A DNA stretch of 64,000 bases from Fistulifera solaris. Lineage: Eukaryota. A program made the position numbers and the translations under genes. The DNA is taken from contig AP026162.1 in assembly GCA_030295235.1 (NCBI GenBank), positions 2,170,001 through 2,234,000 on the forward strand, written 5' to 3'. Within the stretch, counting starts at the first letter, position 1; the number at the start of each line of letters is the position of its first letter. A model generated the notes under the pieces. The model ran no database searches and was not told the DNA's origin. It saw only the letters and a list, made by a program, of their open reading frames with translations. Below, piece by piece: positions 23,645 to 34,950 of this stretch.

Positions 23645-24484
23645 AGTATTCTCACAGAGGTTGTTTGGTTTCTTTAGTTTCAAGTAAACTTGCTAAGAGG
23701 TCAACAGCTATGATCAGTTGACCCAAAATGGCGAGAAGATTTTACATCAACATGGTGTGCAATAGAAGATGCCCCAAATCCAGAAAAAAAAGTAAGCTAC
23801 TTTTCGATGCACTCAAACCAATACGGTTCTAAATGTTACAATTGGGGTCTAGAGTGCAGTTGTTATGCGACATTTGTCATGTCTAAGTATCTTTGCGCCC
23901 TTTAGAAGACCCGTGCGATCTGCGCAGTCGACCTAGCTCTAGAAATTATCAACTAGCTCAGACAAGCACGTGATTTATAACATTCTTGCCAAAACGTTGC
24001 TCGAAATCTCTCGAGCGTCACGACATGTCGAGAATTCGGAGAAATGACGAGGAGTAGTCGTCGTCGGATCGTTATTCGAATGAAATAATTGAAAGAAGGC
24101 AAACGAGTCAAGCGTCATCGCCCACGGCCTTGAAAAGGAGTGTACATCGGAGATTAGCAGCCGAAACGGCTTCCAAAGATTATTTGATTCTCCTGAGTTC
24201 TCGTTTCTTACAACTTATAATGTGTTGGATTAGTATTCGACTTCGAATTTGGTTCTCTTGTTCTAATTTCATCTTATCATAAGTCCTCTTGGCTACGAGG
24301 CTCGTTACTTTATCTTTCCATCAGAACATCATTGGATTGTCTGTCAAAACAGTCTTTCAAGTACATCAGGAACGCGCTGAAGATCAGAGACGGTAGGAAA
24401 CCATTTTGTTGGGCTATGTGGTATGTGTCGAACTATTTATGCTTTATGCGAAGACCAGGTACCTTACTCATGAAAACTAGACAT

Positions 24485-25633
24485 CTATGAGTGCTTTTCA
24501 AAGTGTCGCTTGAGAACTTTGAACGATCCTGGAATACGGAACAAACAGCGCTTGCAATAGACAAGCAAGGACAACGCCTCCGTGGATACTTCACCTAGAT
24601 TGTCTTCTTCTTCTAAGAAATGATCAAAATATGCCGCGATCGGCGCTGGACTGAGAATTGCAGGAAGCGCGGTGGGGTTCTTTCGTTGAATAAGACGAAT
24701 AAGATGGTCGACTTGGTGTTGTTGACTTTTGATATTCACCAAATTCTCATCAATCAACATTTCTTCCATTGCCATCTGAACCTCATGGATGCGTTGCCCG
24801 CCGGACGTACTCTCAAAAGCCTTGATCGAACGGCGATTGGCGTCGTACCTTGCGACAACGCCACATTTGACAATGAGGAGGACCAGTAAAAATGGCATCG
24901 GCAGGTCTGGATTAGTCAATTCAGGGCATTGGTCGCAAAAGTTGTGAAAGCGACAGTTGATTTCGCGCGGGTAGATCCAATCGCCCTCCTCACTTTGAGT
25001 GTGCATGAGCAAATACTTGTGTATATCTTCTACACGTTCAAGTTTGAGCTTCAGCCAGAATCGAACCAAAGCACAGGTATCATCGTCACGGTGCAGGATC
25101 AAAGGAATGAAAAGGGCTGCATAAAGCAATGGCGTTGGAGGACCGGTAGAATCTAATCGCAGCAATGCCAAGGCATGATGTAGTGCTTTTTCCCAGACAC
25201 TTTTGATTTCAGCTCGAAAGGCTGCCTCCACGTATGTTGTCATTAAGCCAAGCCGGGCTTCCATGTAATCTTGCGTCTCCTCCATTTCACCGAAGAACCC
25301 TACTCGCGTTTCGAAAAGGTTTTCGTCATTGCCCGCAATTCGCGTCATTCGAAGAGATGCCGCCTCCTCTTTAACGAGCTCCTCTTTAACGAGCTTCCAA
25401 TGTTTAGACACATCTAGACAGTCTTCTTTATGCTCACGATAATCAGCTATCTGACAGTCCTTGCTACAATACCATGCTGTATGGCAGCGCGAGCAGCACA
25501 GCAAGCGCGTTTCAGGTCGACTGTGACAAGTAGCGCACCAGGGTTCTTCTTGCAAGAGCGGATCTTTCAAGGGGTGCTTCTTGGCAAGCGCCTTGATGTC
25601 ACAAGCGGAGGGAAAGTTCTCGTTTGCAGGCAT
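24485..25633 (-). CDS. MYND zinc-finger protein, paralog 1
   Basis: CATC...CSRC..AWYCSKDCQ..D...HK..C, then NLFETRVG.FG....T.DYM.AR. Confidence 0.88.
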   Translation of the reverse strand: MPANENFPSACDIKALAKKHPLKDPLLQEEPWCATCHSRPETRLLCCSRCHTAWYCSKDCQIADYREHKEDCLDVSKHWKLVKEELVKEEAASLRMTRIAGNDENLFETRVGFFGEMEETQDYMEARLGLMTTYVEAAFRAEIKSVWEKALHHALALLRLDSTGPPTPLLYAALFIPLILHRDDDTCALVRFWLKLKLERVEDIHKYLLMHTQSEEGDWIYPREINCRFHNFCDQCPELTNPDLPMPFLLVLLIVKCGVVARYDANRRSIKAFESTSGGQRIHEVQMAMEEMLIDENLVNIKSQQHQVDHLIRLIQRKNPTALPAILSPAPIAAYFDHFLEEEDNLGEVSTEALSLLVYCKRCLFRIPGSFKVLKRHFEKHS

Positions 25634-25897
25634 TGTTCGTGTTGAGTTTGCAAGAATGATAATGACGGAAGTCCGCTACGTCGTTTTGCTTGTTCCCGCC
25701 CTTTTGTGAAGGCGGTCGTCATTCGTTTCGGTTCGTCGTCGCAAAAAGATTTTTTTGTTTTCGTTTGGCGCGCGAGGACGAGTCAGTTCATAGAGGACAT
25801 TTTTACGGATTATAGATACCGGGTACGTCAGTTCCCCATGCTTTCCCCTTCATTATTTCAAGCGAGAACTGAACACTGAACAATACTTATTCGTAAA

Positions 25898-27072
25898 TTA
25901 AACAGGATAAGACGGATTCCTTCCAAAGCGTTGCTCGAGCTTTTCTCTTGCTCCCGGAATTCGAGCCAGACAGCGAATGCTGTACAAAATCAAGGATTTT
26001 GCTTCTGTGGGCTCACCCCGTGCGCGCGTTCCTTTCACTATTGCAAAGAGCAGGTCTGGGTTGAGCGTTGCAGGAAGTAGCGTGGGATTAATCCTTTGAA
26101 TAAGAGTGATTATCTGGTCGACTTGCTCACGTTGACTTTCAATATTCATTAACTTTTCATCGATCAGCTTTTCCCTCACTTCCATCTGAACTTCCTGAAT
26201 ACTTTTTCCGCCAGTTGTTGTATGAGAACCCGAATCGATTGATCGGCGAGTGGCGTCGTAAGTCGCAACAAGGCGAAGCTTGACAATGAGGGCTGCCAAT
26301 AGAAAGGCCAATGGTACGTCGTTTTCATCGCTCAACTTCGGATATTTTTGAATGAAGTCATGATATCGACAGTCCTTTTCGTGCGGGTACATCCAATCAC
26401 CCTCTTTACTTTGGCTGCATCGGAGCATGTGTTTGTTTGTGTCTCCTTCCTTGTTCACTTTCTCTTTCATCCAATAGTGGATGTAATCACAAGCATCATC
26501 GTCGCGATGCAGGATCAATAGAACGAAAAGCGTCGGTTCAAGAAAAGAGAAGCATGGAAGATTTGCATCTAACTTCTGCATTTCCAAAGCATGAAACAAT
26601 ACTTTTTCCCAGACGTTCTTGATTTCTACCCGAAAGGCTGCCTTCAAATACATTTCAATTAAACCGATGCGGGCATCCATGTAATTTGCAGTCGCATCCA
26701 ATTGCCCGAATAATCCGACTCGCGTTTCAAACAAGTTTTCTACAATGTACTGCTTGTCATCCATATAGATACGCGTCTGACGAATGGGTATAGCCTCTCG
26801 TTCAACGCTTTGTTGGTAACCAGCCACGGCCAGACAGACGTCCTTGTGCTTGTCTTTATAATGGGCTTTCTGACAATCTTTGCTGCAATACCAAGCTGTC
26901 GTACATCGCGAACAACACATCAAGCGAGAATCGGGTCGACTAAGCATTCCAGGCACCAGGGTTTGTCTTGGTAACCCGGGTCGTATCCGTCGTAGGCCGG
27001 CGTTTTGTCGGATGACTGTTGAGCAGCTCGAAAGCTTCCTTTCTTTTCGGGGTACATTGTTAGCAGGTCCAT
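25898..27072 (-). CDS. MYND zinc-finger protein, paralog 2 (diverged), frameshift ~26943
   Basis: ATG 27072 gives MDLLTMYPE...QDKPWCLEC; a 1-nt shift joins SRPDSRLMCCSRC...WYCSKDCQ..H...HK..C. Confidence 0.82.
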
Positions 27073-28083
27073 TTTGTTGTGCGATGTATAAATTATCGCT
27101 TTTAGCTAAATGCCTTGAGACTTTTAAGGTCGACCTTTCTAAAATAATAAAATGGATCGTTGATTGTGGTTGTGTTGGTGTTGTCGGTTGTTGCGGGTTG
27201 CGGTTTGTTGCAAGGTTTCTTGCGATGACGATCTTTTCGTTTGCGTTATTATTGTTCTGACATTTCGCGGCAAAATTTATTATAGTCCGAAATGTACGAA
27301 AGACAATCACGACTCACTCGATTTTTAGTCATGAGGCAATTATCGTTGCTGTTCGCTATTTGCTCTCTATACCATGAGTCTCTATACACTGTACGTGTGC
27401 TCTTCGCATGCATAAAAACATCGTTTTCAAACCAGCTTATTATTTGGTAAGAAGTGAAATACATTATAATTCACTTCTCGACAAAAGTCTTGGGTATATT
27501 TCGCATTAAATACTATGACACTCAAGTGTATCTTTTAATCGCGACTGAATATCATAATGAGTCATACTACAGTTAAAGGCCCGTCATCATTTGAAGTCTG
27601 TACGATGTATCATGCCTCACGCTGTATTTCTCACAAGCGCGATGATCATATTATCCGGTAGGTTTTATTGGGCGCCATACCATGATGGATATTTTAAGAA
27701 ATGATGAAACGATCGTTGAATTATGAGAATATCTAACCAAGGCAAATAGCTGGCCGTCATCCATTATGGCCTCAAACTGGATTGTACCTTACCAGTAAAA
27801 CAGTTTCCCAAAGATATGATGATTCTGAGTTCTCATTCCTTCCAACTTACAGGGCAGCTTGCAGGGTACTGGACTACTATTTGATCTTGATTTTTGGTTC
27901 TCTTGTTCTATTTCATCTTATCCTACGTACTCATGACTCATGACTGAGCTAGTTGCATCATCTATCCTTTCTGAGTATCATTGAGCCAAGGGATCCTTCC
28001 TCTATCCTATCGCAGTATCATTGAGCTAAGGGATTTGCATCGAAACGACTTTCGCGATGAGTATACTAGGAACTCGCGAAAGT

Positions 28084-29229
28084 TTAGTCATCGTAAAAGC
28101 CCGCTTTCATGAAGTCTTCCTCGAGAACATCGTGAGTGCCTGGAATTCGAATCATGCAGCGCATGCAATAGACAAGTAAAGACATGGTCCCAGAGGACAA
28201 GGATACATCCAGACCACGTTCTTCTTGGCTGAGAATATATCCTGTAAGCGAGTCAGGTTCGAGAAGTGTACGTAGCACAACACAATTGTTTCGATGAATA
28301 CCACAGACAAGACGGTCGACTTGCTTTCGTTGACTTTTGATATTCACCAAACTTTCATCAACCAGCATTTCTTTCACTATCATCTGAACCTCATGGATTC
28401 GTTGCCCGCCGGACGTGCTCTCAAAAACCTTGATCGATCGGCTAATGGCGTTGTACGTTGCAACAATGCCACATTTGACAAGGAGAAGGGCCAGTAAAAA
28501 TGGCATCTGTTGGTCTGGCGAAGTTAGATCCGCGCACTCGTCGAAAAAATTAAGAAAGCGACAGTTTTTCTCGCGCGGGTAGATCCAATCGCCTTCCTTA
28601 CTTTCAGAGTGCATGCGGAAATATTCGTGCATATCTTCTTCTCGTTCAGTGTCAATATTAATGAAGAATCGAATCATATCGCAGGTATCATCGTCACGCT
28701 GCAAAATCAAAGGAATGAATATAGCAGCGCTTAAAATCGGCGACGGCGGTGGACCAGTAGCATTTAAACGCAGCAATGCCAAGGCATGATGTAGTGCTTT
28801 TTCCCAGACACTTTTGATTTCAACTCGAAAGGCTGCCTCCACGTATGTTGTCATTAAGCCAAGTCGGGCTTCTATGTAATCATGCATCTCCTCAATTTCA
28901 CCGAAGAACCCTACTCGCATTTCGAAAAGGTTTTCGTCATTGCCCGCAAATCGCGTCATTCGAAGAGATGCGGCCTCCTCTTCTACGAACTTCCAATGTT
29001 TAGACACATCTAGACAGTCTTCTTTATGCTCACGATAATCAGCTATCTGACAGTCCTTGCTACAATACCATGCTGTATGGCAGCGCGAGCAGCACAGCAA
29101 GCGCGTTTCAGGTCGACTGTGACAAGTAGCGCACCAGGGTTCTTCTTGCAAGAGCGGATCTTTCAAGGGGTGCTTCTTGGCAAGCGACATGCGAGCGGAA
29201 GCTGCGAAAAGATTCTCCTTTGCAGGCAT
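28084..29229 (-). CDS. MYND zinc-finger protein, paralog 3
   Basis: Start MPAKENL matches paralog 1; N-terminal half nearly identical to paralog 1. Confidence 0.88.
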   Translation of the reverse strand: MPAKENLFAASARMSLAKKHPLKDPLLQEEPWCATCHSRPETRLLCCSRCHTAWYCSKDCQIADYREHKEDCLDVSKHWKFVEEEAASLRMTRFAGNDENLFEMRVGFFGEIEEMHDYIEARLGLMTTYVEAAFRVEIKSVWEKALHHALALLRLNATGPPPSPILSAAIFIPLILQRDDDTCDMIRFFINIDTEREEDMHEYFRMHSESKEGDWIYPREKNCRFLNFFDECADLTSPDQQMPFLLALLLVKCGIVATYNAISRSIKVFESTSGGQRIHEVQMIVKEMLVDESLVNIKSQRKQVDRLVCGIHRNNCVVLRTLLEPDSLTGYILSQEERGLDVSLSSGTMSLLVYCMRCMIRIPGTHDVLEEDFMKAGFYDD

Positions 29230-29553
29230 TGTTCGTGTTGAGTTTGCAAGAATGATACTGTTAATGACAGAGGTCCGTTGCGTCGGTTTGCTTGTTCCCG
29301 CCCTTTTGTGAAGGCGGTCGTCATTCGTTTCGGTTCGTCGTCGCAAAAAGATTTTTTTGTTTTCGTTTGGCGCGCGAGGACGAGTCAGTTCGTAGAGCGA
29401 CATTTTTACGGATTTTCGATAGGCGGTTACGTCAGTTCGCTTTTCCCCCTTTTTGAAACGACAAAAGTCACACCAACGCAGAGCATCAATAAGAATGGCA
29501 TCATCACGTTTCATTCAAAGCAACAAAAGCCAACTTACAACATCAACAATGAC

Positions 29554-31108
29554 ATGAATCATTCAAAAGAGTGCCATGAAATACCAAATTGCCCTGGCTT
29601 GTACATCGATGCCTTCCGTGGGCCGTATTTGCGCAAGACACACAACATGGAACATGCGTTTATCTTGACCCATTATCACGGCGACCACTATGGCAGGCTT
29701 CCTCGTGACAATAAATATCAGGGACCCGCTTTGATTCATTGCACTCCGGTTACGGCGGCTTTATTGCGAAAGGTTCATCAGGTGCCGGATATTTTCATTG
29801 TAGAGCATGCGTACGGAGAGACGTTTTTCTTTCGACCGGTCGGGTCTGCTCCCCACGAACGTGCGAAAATCACATTGTACGACGCGAATCACTGCCCGGG
29901 CGCCGCCATTGTACTCGTGGAGCTATTCAGTGGAACCGTGCATCTTCATACGGGGGATATGCGGTACCATGATAAGATGAAGTCGTATCCTCTCGTGCAG
30001 GCAGCGGCGTTGGCTCGCAAAATCGATTTGCTGTTCTTGGACACGACTTACGCCAATCCAAAGTACGACTTTCTTTCACAGGAAGAAGCGGTCGATATCA
30101 TTGCGTCGCAAATACACGAATTGCTTGGATCCAGTCGCTCCGAAGAAAGCGATACGTTAATTTTACTTTCCTGCTATTCGATTGGGAAAGAAAAATGTTT
30201 GTGGGAAGCGTCGACTCGTTGCCATCAGCCGGTGTATGTGTCGGAACGGAAATTGGATATGTTGCAATGTATAGAGGGTTATGATGATCATGTGTCGAGT
30301 CAAATTGGTCGTCGTTGTACCCGAGATCCGAGTGCCAGTGATTTACACGTCATTCCAATGGGTGTGGCCGGTCAGATGCATCCCTTTTTCAACCCAACTT
30401 TGAAGCATGTGCCGATTATGCTCGAGAAGTTCCACGCCCAGGAATGAAGCCATTCAAAAAAGTGGTTGCATTCATTCCTACCGGATGGGCCGATGCCAGT
30501 AATTGGAACAGAAAGAACTCCGTGTCGCAATCCTTGTGTAAAGATATCCAAGTAGAAGTGCGCTTGGTGTGTTATTCTGAGCATTCGACCTTTTCAGAGC
30601 TTCAAGCTTTTGTAAATTTTTTAAAACCGCGCAAAGTCATACCCACGGTGTTCAGTGACGAGAACAATAAGCGAAGAATTGAAGCGCGTTTCAAGGTTGA
30701 CATAAATCGTGCAAAGAAAAGTCTGATTGAATCCATGTTTTCAGCCAACTCACTTTCTACCGATACGGATAGAAAAGATCTATCAAAAACATCGATTCCC
30801 TCGCTTGAAAAAAGCATGACCCCAAAGCGGCAGAAAATGACCTCCAATGAGACCCCACACGGCGTCACTTCACTCGAAGGCATGGGGTTTAGCCCTCATC
30901 GATCGAAAATTGCTTTAGAATCGTGTCACGGAAATCTTCAAGCTGCTATCGAATGGTTATTGAAAGATAAAGATTTTGAAGGAAACGTCGCAGATGTTGC
31001 TACCAAAGACAGGACCATTGTCGAGAAGCGGGGACCGCAAAAGAAGCTTGCTGACAAGTCAAAAACGTGTTGTCACAAAGTATCACAGACTTCTTTCGAC
31101 CAAAATAA
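29554..31108 (+). CDS. SNM1: DNA cross-link repair nuclease SNM1/PSO2 (MBL-beta-CASP) with C-terminal UBA; frameshifts ~30385 and ~31050
   Basis: LTHYHGDHY, DANHCPGA, LHTGDMR, LDTTY, YSIGKEK, PTGW, YSEHS.F.EL..FV..LKP.K.IPTV; UBA LEGMGF...ALE...GNLQAAIEWLL. The ORF-track stop is 31148; the alternative stop 31108 is preferred. Confidence 0.9.
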
Positions 31109-31144
31109 TGACAGATTGAATGTTGCTTTCCTGTATCTAGGAAA

Positions 31145-32689
31145 CTAGCTTTTTTCTAGAGCAACGGCGAGCGATTGGCGACGTCTGTTGCGCTCATTCC
31201 GCTTTCGATTCAAAATTAGAAGAATCCCCATTCGAATTGCAGGAATCGCCAGAAAGACCATTGCATAAATGTGAAGGATTGGGAATATAAAAGCCAAAAC
31301 ATACCCAACTGCAAAACTTGTGGTAATTAAGCCACTCTCGTTTGTCCATTGACGTAGCCATTGAACTCCGAAAAAGTTGAGAAATCCCAAGGTAACACAA
31401 TGGATCAACTGTGTTGCTGTGAGCCTCGAAAATTTGTAGCGTTCTTCGTGCCAATAGTCCGGTACACTGTCCGATACTTGGCGACTTGCACCATCTTTGC
31501 GATATAGAAAAGCAGAAAAAGTTTCGTCGTCTTCCCAAACAGTTTGCTGGTAGGGGCCCAAGTCACTCTCGACAATTAACTCGGGAAACAGGAACTCGGC
31601 ATCCAATAATCTCTCTGTCGAGTCACATGCCTCTTTAGGAACACCGTTAAAATGCGCCACGATCAAAATGGTCTGTTCGATAAGTTGAGCCGACTGTTGG
31701 CTATTGCGCGGTGGATAATCGACATACGGTGTCAAGTCTGCTAGTGATACGCTCCCCTCCTTATGTTTTCTCGGACCACTCAAGATGACCGCAACACGCA
31801 GTCGCCAAACGGCCGAAGGATCCTCTGGTTGTGGCGGATCCGGACCAAACAAAAACTCGATGGCAATGGACAAAAGTCCTTTATGTCTCTCGCCACTTGT
31901 CGTCCCTTCTCGTTCATTCCATCCTCCTTCTCGTACCAGATAGACACCAGGAATTTCGCTCATCATCGCCGTCGAGTCTCTCCATCGCCGCATAGCCTGG
32001 TGTTGACGATTTGCTAGTTGTCGTGCACGCCACCAGTAGAAAAAGCTGGCTGGATTGCCGCAGCAACAGGACAGTACAAGAGAGAGGTCGTAAGCCATTT
32101 CCCGCATTACAGGATCTTGTCCCTCCGGAGAAGGACCGAAAACAGCGTACAACCAGAGCAGCTCACGGATGGTATAAAAAAGGGATCGGATTTGTCTCGT
32201 TAAAACGGATCGATGACCCCCATGATCTTGACCAGCTCTCGATGCCGCCACCAACATTGCTAACAAAGCCGCCATGGCGATGATACAGAGAATCAGCAAC
32301 GAGATGATGAGACCAAAAGCGGTAACGACTTTGATAGCACGTATCGTCACTTTAGCGGCAGCTTGCAACGACGTTTTGAAGTCATTCAATCGTTGTTTTT
32401 GTCGCGCACGCCGGGCAAAATCGGGCGGAAATTGGAACTCCATAGTTGCCCCTGGTTGGATGAAGCGAAACGATGCCCCATTGGGTCCTCCGCCGACCGC
32501 TGCCATTAACCCACAGAGTTCCGAACAGGCGTCGTTGACACTGATGCCCAAGGCGGCCGCAACTTTTGCGGGCCGGATAGTATGATGTGGTGCGTCTTCG
32601 ATGATTTGCAATATTTGATCTGCAAGCGACGTCTCTGCGGCAGTATCGTCGATGCCATCTTGTAGCGCACGACTTTCTTGCGAATCCAT
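31145..32689 (-). CDS. Membrane protein resembling the cyanobacterial/plant At5g03900-type family
   Basis: VAA.LG....A...L..L....GG...F.FP, FLFG.DP, G.VS..DLTPY.D, F.G.P...F.FPEL and FS.....QL.....LG.LN motifs; several TMs. Confidence 0.65.
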   Translation of the reverse strand: MDSQESRALQDGIDDTAAETSLADQILQIIEDAPHHTIRPAKVAAALGISVNDACSELCGLMAAVGGGPNGASFRFIQPGATMEFQFPPDFARRARQKQRLNDFKTSLQAAAKVTIRAIKVVTAFGLIISLLILCIIAMAALLAMLVAASRAGQDHGGHRSVLTRQIRSLFYTIRELLWLYAVFGPSPEGQDPVMREMAYDLSLVLSCCCGNPASFFYWWRARQLANRQHQAMRRWRDSTAMMSEIPGVYLVREGGWNEREGTTSGERHKGLLSIAIEFLFGPDPPQPEDPSAVWRLRVAVILSGPRKHKEGSVSLADLTPYVDYPPRNSQQSAQLIEQTILIVAHFNGVPKEACDSTERLLDAEFLFPELIVESDLGPYQQTVWEDDETFSAFLYRKDGASRQVSDSVPDYWHEERYKFSRLTATQLIHCVTLGFLNFFGVQWLRQWTNESGLITTSFAVGYVLAFIFPILHIYAMVFLAIPAIRMGILLILNRKRNERNRRRQSLAVALEKS

Positions 32690-32839
32690 TAGATGCTACG
32701 GTGTATTGTTCGTTGATTTAAAAGGTTGTTGCATGGATCGCACCAAAAAATGTAATCCTTTGTTTGAATAATTAGGACGACTTCGCTTATTGTCGAAAAT
32801 GCCGCGGACGAGAAATCAAAAAACACATCAGCATACCGG

Positions 32840-33037
32840 GTACCCACAGAATTTTCTGAAGCTCTTAAAACTACATATTCAGATTTTCTGTGTTACCTTA
32901 TCAATCCTTGGACGTGAAAACAGATTTTCTGGATGCGTCAAAACATTCCATTTTTTAGATTTTCTGGAAACTTGAAACATTACAAGCCCCGATTTTCTGG
33001 TTATGTGAGAACCCCCACACAGATTTCTGTCAGAAAA
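32840..33037. repeat. Degenerate minisatellite related to 13799-13995
   Basis: Five ATTTTCTG cores and one ATTTCTG, with CCCACA and ACGTGAAAA remnants. Confidence 0.7.
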
Positions 33038-33248
33038 ATGCATGCAAAAACAACATACCACCGCAGGGTAACGAGAAAGCAATGACAAGAAAAGGCTTCT
33101 ACATGAACAAGAACCCGGTTAATACTTACTTTAGCCGTACAATCATTGCCCTCACTAAACGCTTCATTCATTAAAAAAGAATAGTGCTATTGAAGAATCA
33201 CTATAAGTAAATGAAAGATTTGTCACCTATACCGGCTTTCCGAAAGCG

Positions 33249-34411
33249 ATGCTCCTTCCGAAAACATCAGCGTGGGCTGTTCGTTTGCTGGGAGTCTTAA
33301 TTACAACGTCACTACTTCTCCGATTTACACCACACGTCGAAAATCCCGCCCGAGGATACAACATTGGATTTGTTGGAAACTCCATTCTATTTTTCAATGA
33401 TCTGCCACGGGTATTGGAAGCAATGACGGGTAATGTCATCTATCAGAACAGCTGTTTACACGGAAGTTTGAATTTATTGTCTATCTTACAACGAGGAAAT
33501 GGCATGTACAACAAGTGGAGGACTCCGAACGCAAAAATTCGTCAAACGAAATACCCAAATGCGACTCTATACGATTACGGCCTTTGTAGCTTTCCTCAAC
33601 TGCTGTTTGGTTACGATGCGAACTTGTTTTCGGGCGCTTATGTGGATGACGGACGCAATCCTTGCTTTCGAGACCCCGATTACCTGGCGTACCTCAATGA
33701 TACGTACACGGCGCCCGAATGGGACTTTGTGATCATCAACGACCAGACGACGTATCCGGGAGTATATTACAAGCGCAACTCGTGTTTACTGGCGTTGAAA
33801 AATGTTTATGCCAGCATGTTATTGGAAACAAGAGTCGACCCGTCTTTCTTGTGACGCATGGCTACAACAAAACGGATTTTGGCGGTAACAACAACACCGG
33901 ATCGCCCTTGGGCAGTATTCCCGAGTTTACTAGTCGCATCTACCATGGATACGAGATCTACGCTAGAACCCTATCGGCGTACTTGCCACCGGATCAAGAA
34001 CCATTATTGGCTCCAGTGGGATTGGTTTATTTACTGATTTGGGAAAAGAATTTTGCTTTTTGGGAAAAGTTATTCTATTATGATGGTTTCCATCCTTCGC
34101 CGCATGGAACGTATCTCATTGCTTTGACGCTCTACGCGACCATGTTTCGAAAGATGCCATCTACCGATTTTGTATTACACGACAATTTAGAGGAGTTGTG
34201 GTCGAGAGCTCGGCGCATGCAAGGATATGACCTCGACTATCCGAACTTGCCCTTTCCAACATTTGAGGAGGCTTACTACATCTATCAAGCTGTACGGCGA
34301 GTTGTACTTTTAGGGCAGCTTCCATCGACTCTGATCGACGCGCAAACTATTGAAGAGATGGAAAGTGATGAAGGTTACCAAGGATGGTATAATACCGACG
34401 GCGACATTTGA
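33249..34411 (+). CDS. SGNH-fold hydrolase-like protein A, N-terminal anchor, frameshift ~33830
   Basis: IGFVGNS..FFNDLP (block I), WDFVIINDQT, APVG, DGFHPS..G.YL.A (block V). Confidence 0.8.
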
Positions 34412-34588
34412 TGTAATAGTTTTAGACGTTTTTGTTTAAATAAACCTACTGTGATAAGACTACATTCTTATTGAAGGAATTAGTATTTATTTGGTGGACT
34501 AGGTCCTGCGAACGTCCCTAGAATTGATATTTCGTTATGGCTTTGACTTAACTATCTCTAGCAATTGAGCAAGGGCGACTAAACGTGT

Positions 34589-34626
34589 GCGTGACCCTAA
34601 AGACTATATAGTCTTTAGCGTGACCC
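34589..34626. mobile_element. 20-bp perfect palindrome flanked by a 9-bp direct repeat; putative DNA transposon remnant
   Basis: GCGTGACCC + TAAAGACTATATAGTCTTTA + GCGTGACCC. Confidence 0.55.
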
Positions 34627-34950
34627 ATGACCATGACTAAACTCGACTATGAGCCGAAGTGTTGACTTACAGAACTAATCCGGTACTCGTTACAATAGGG
34701 TTTCTTGTTACTACAACGGTCAGTTTATGTACGGATGCATAAGAGATTTGGAGCAACGGAAATGTATGTAGAACTTCTTTACAGAAACGAACGCCAGCAC
34801 GGCCTGTGCGCATCAAAACAAACGCAAGGAAAATGAAGCACGTTAATTTCGATGAACCCCGATGATAAAGCAGAATTATTAATAATGAACAGGGCGGTAA
34901 TTCTCAAATAGTTATCGAAAGTTTGCTGTATTGAATTGCACCACTGAAAC

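Noticed and set aside
27974..28034. 21-bp direct repeat AGTATCATTGAGCYAAGGGAT x2
   Set aside because: Local duplication in a 3' flank with no further copies or element ends seen.
28084..29514. ORF-track N-terminal extensions (MYND3 to 29514, SNM1 from 29278, RAD9 to 10402, PWI to 4634, PFDN3 from 8097)
   Set aside because: Non-ATG or non-homologous upstream read-through; homology and paralog comparison favour the downstream ATGs used above.
1302..31148. Apparent DNA-repair/proteostasis cluster (RAD23, RAD9, SNM1, RPN1, ATG12)
   Set aside because: Genes are interspersed with unrelated ones on both strands, as expected by chance in a dense eukaryotic genome.
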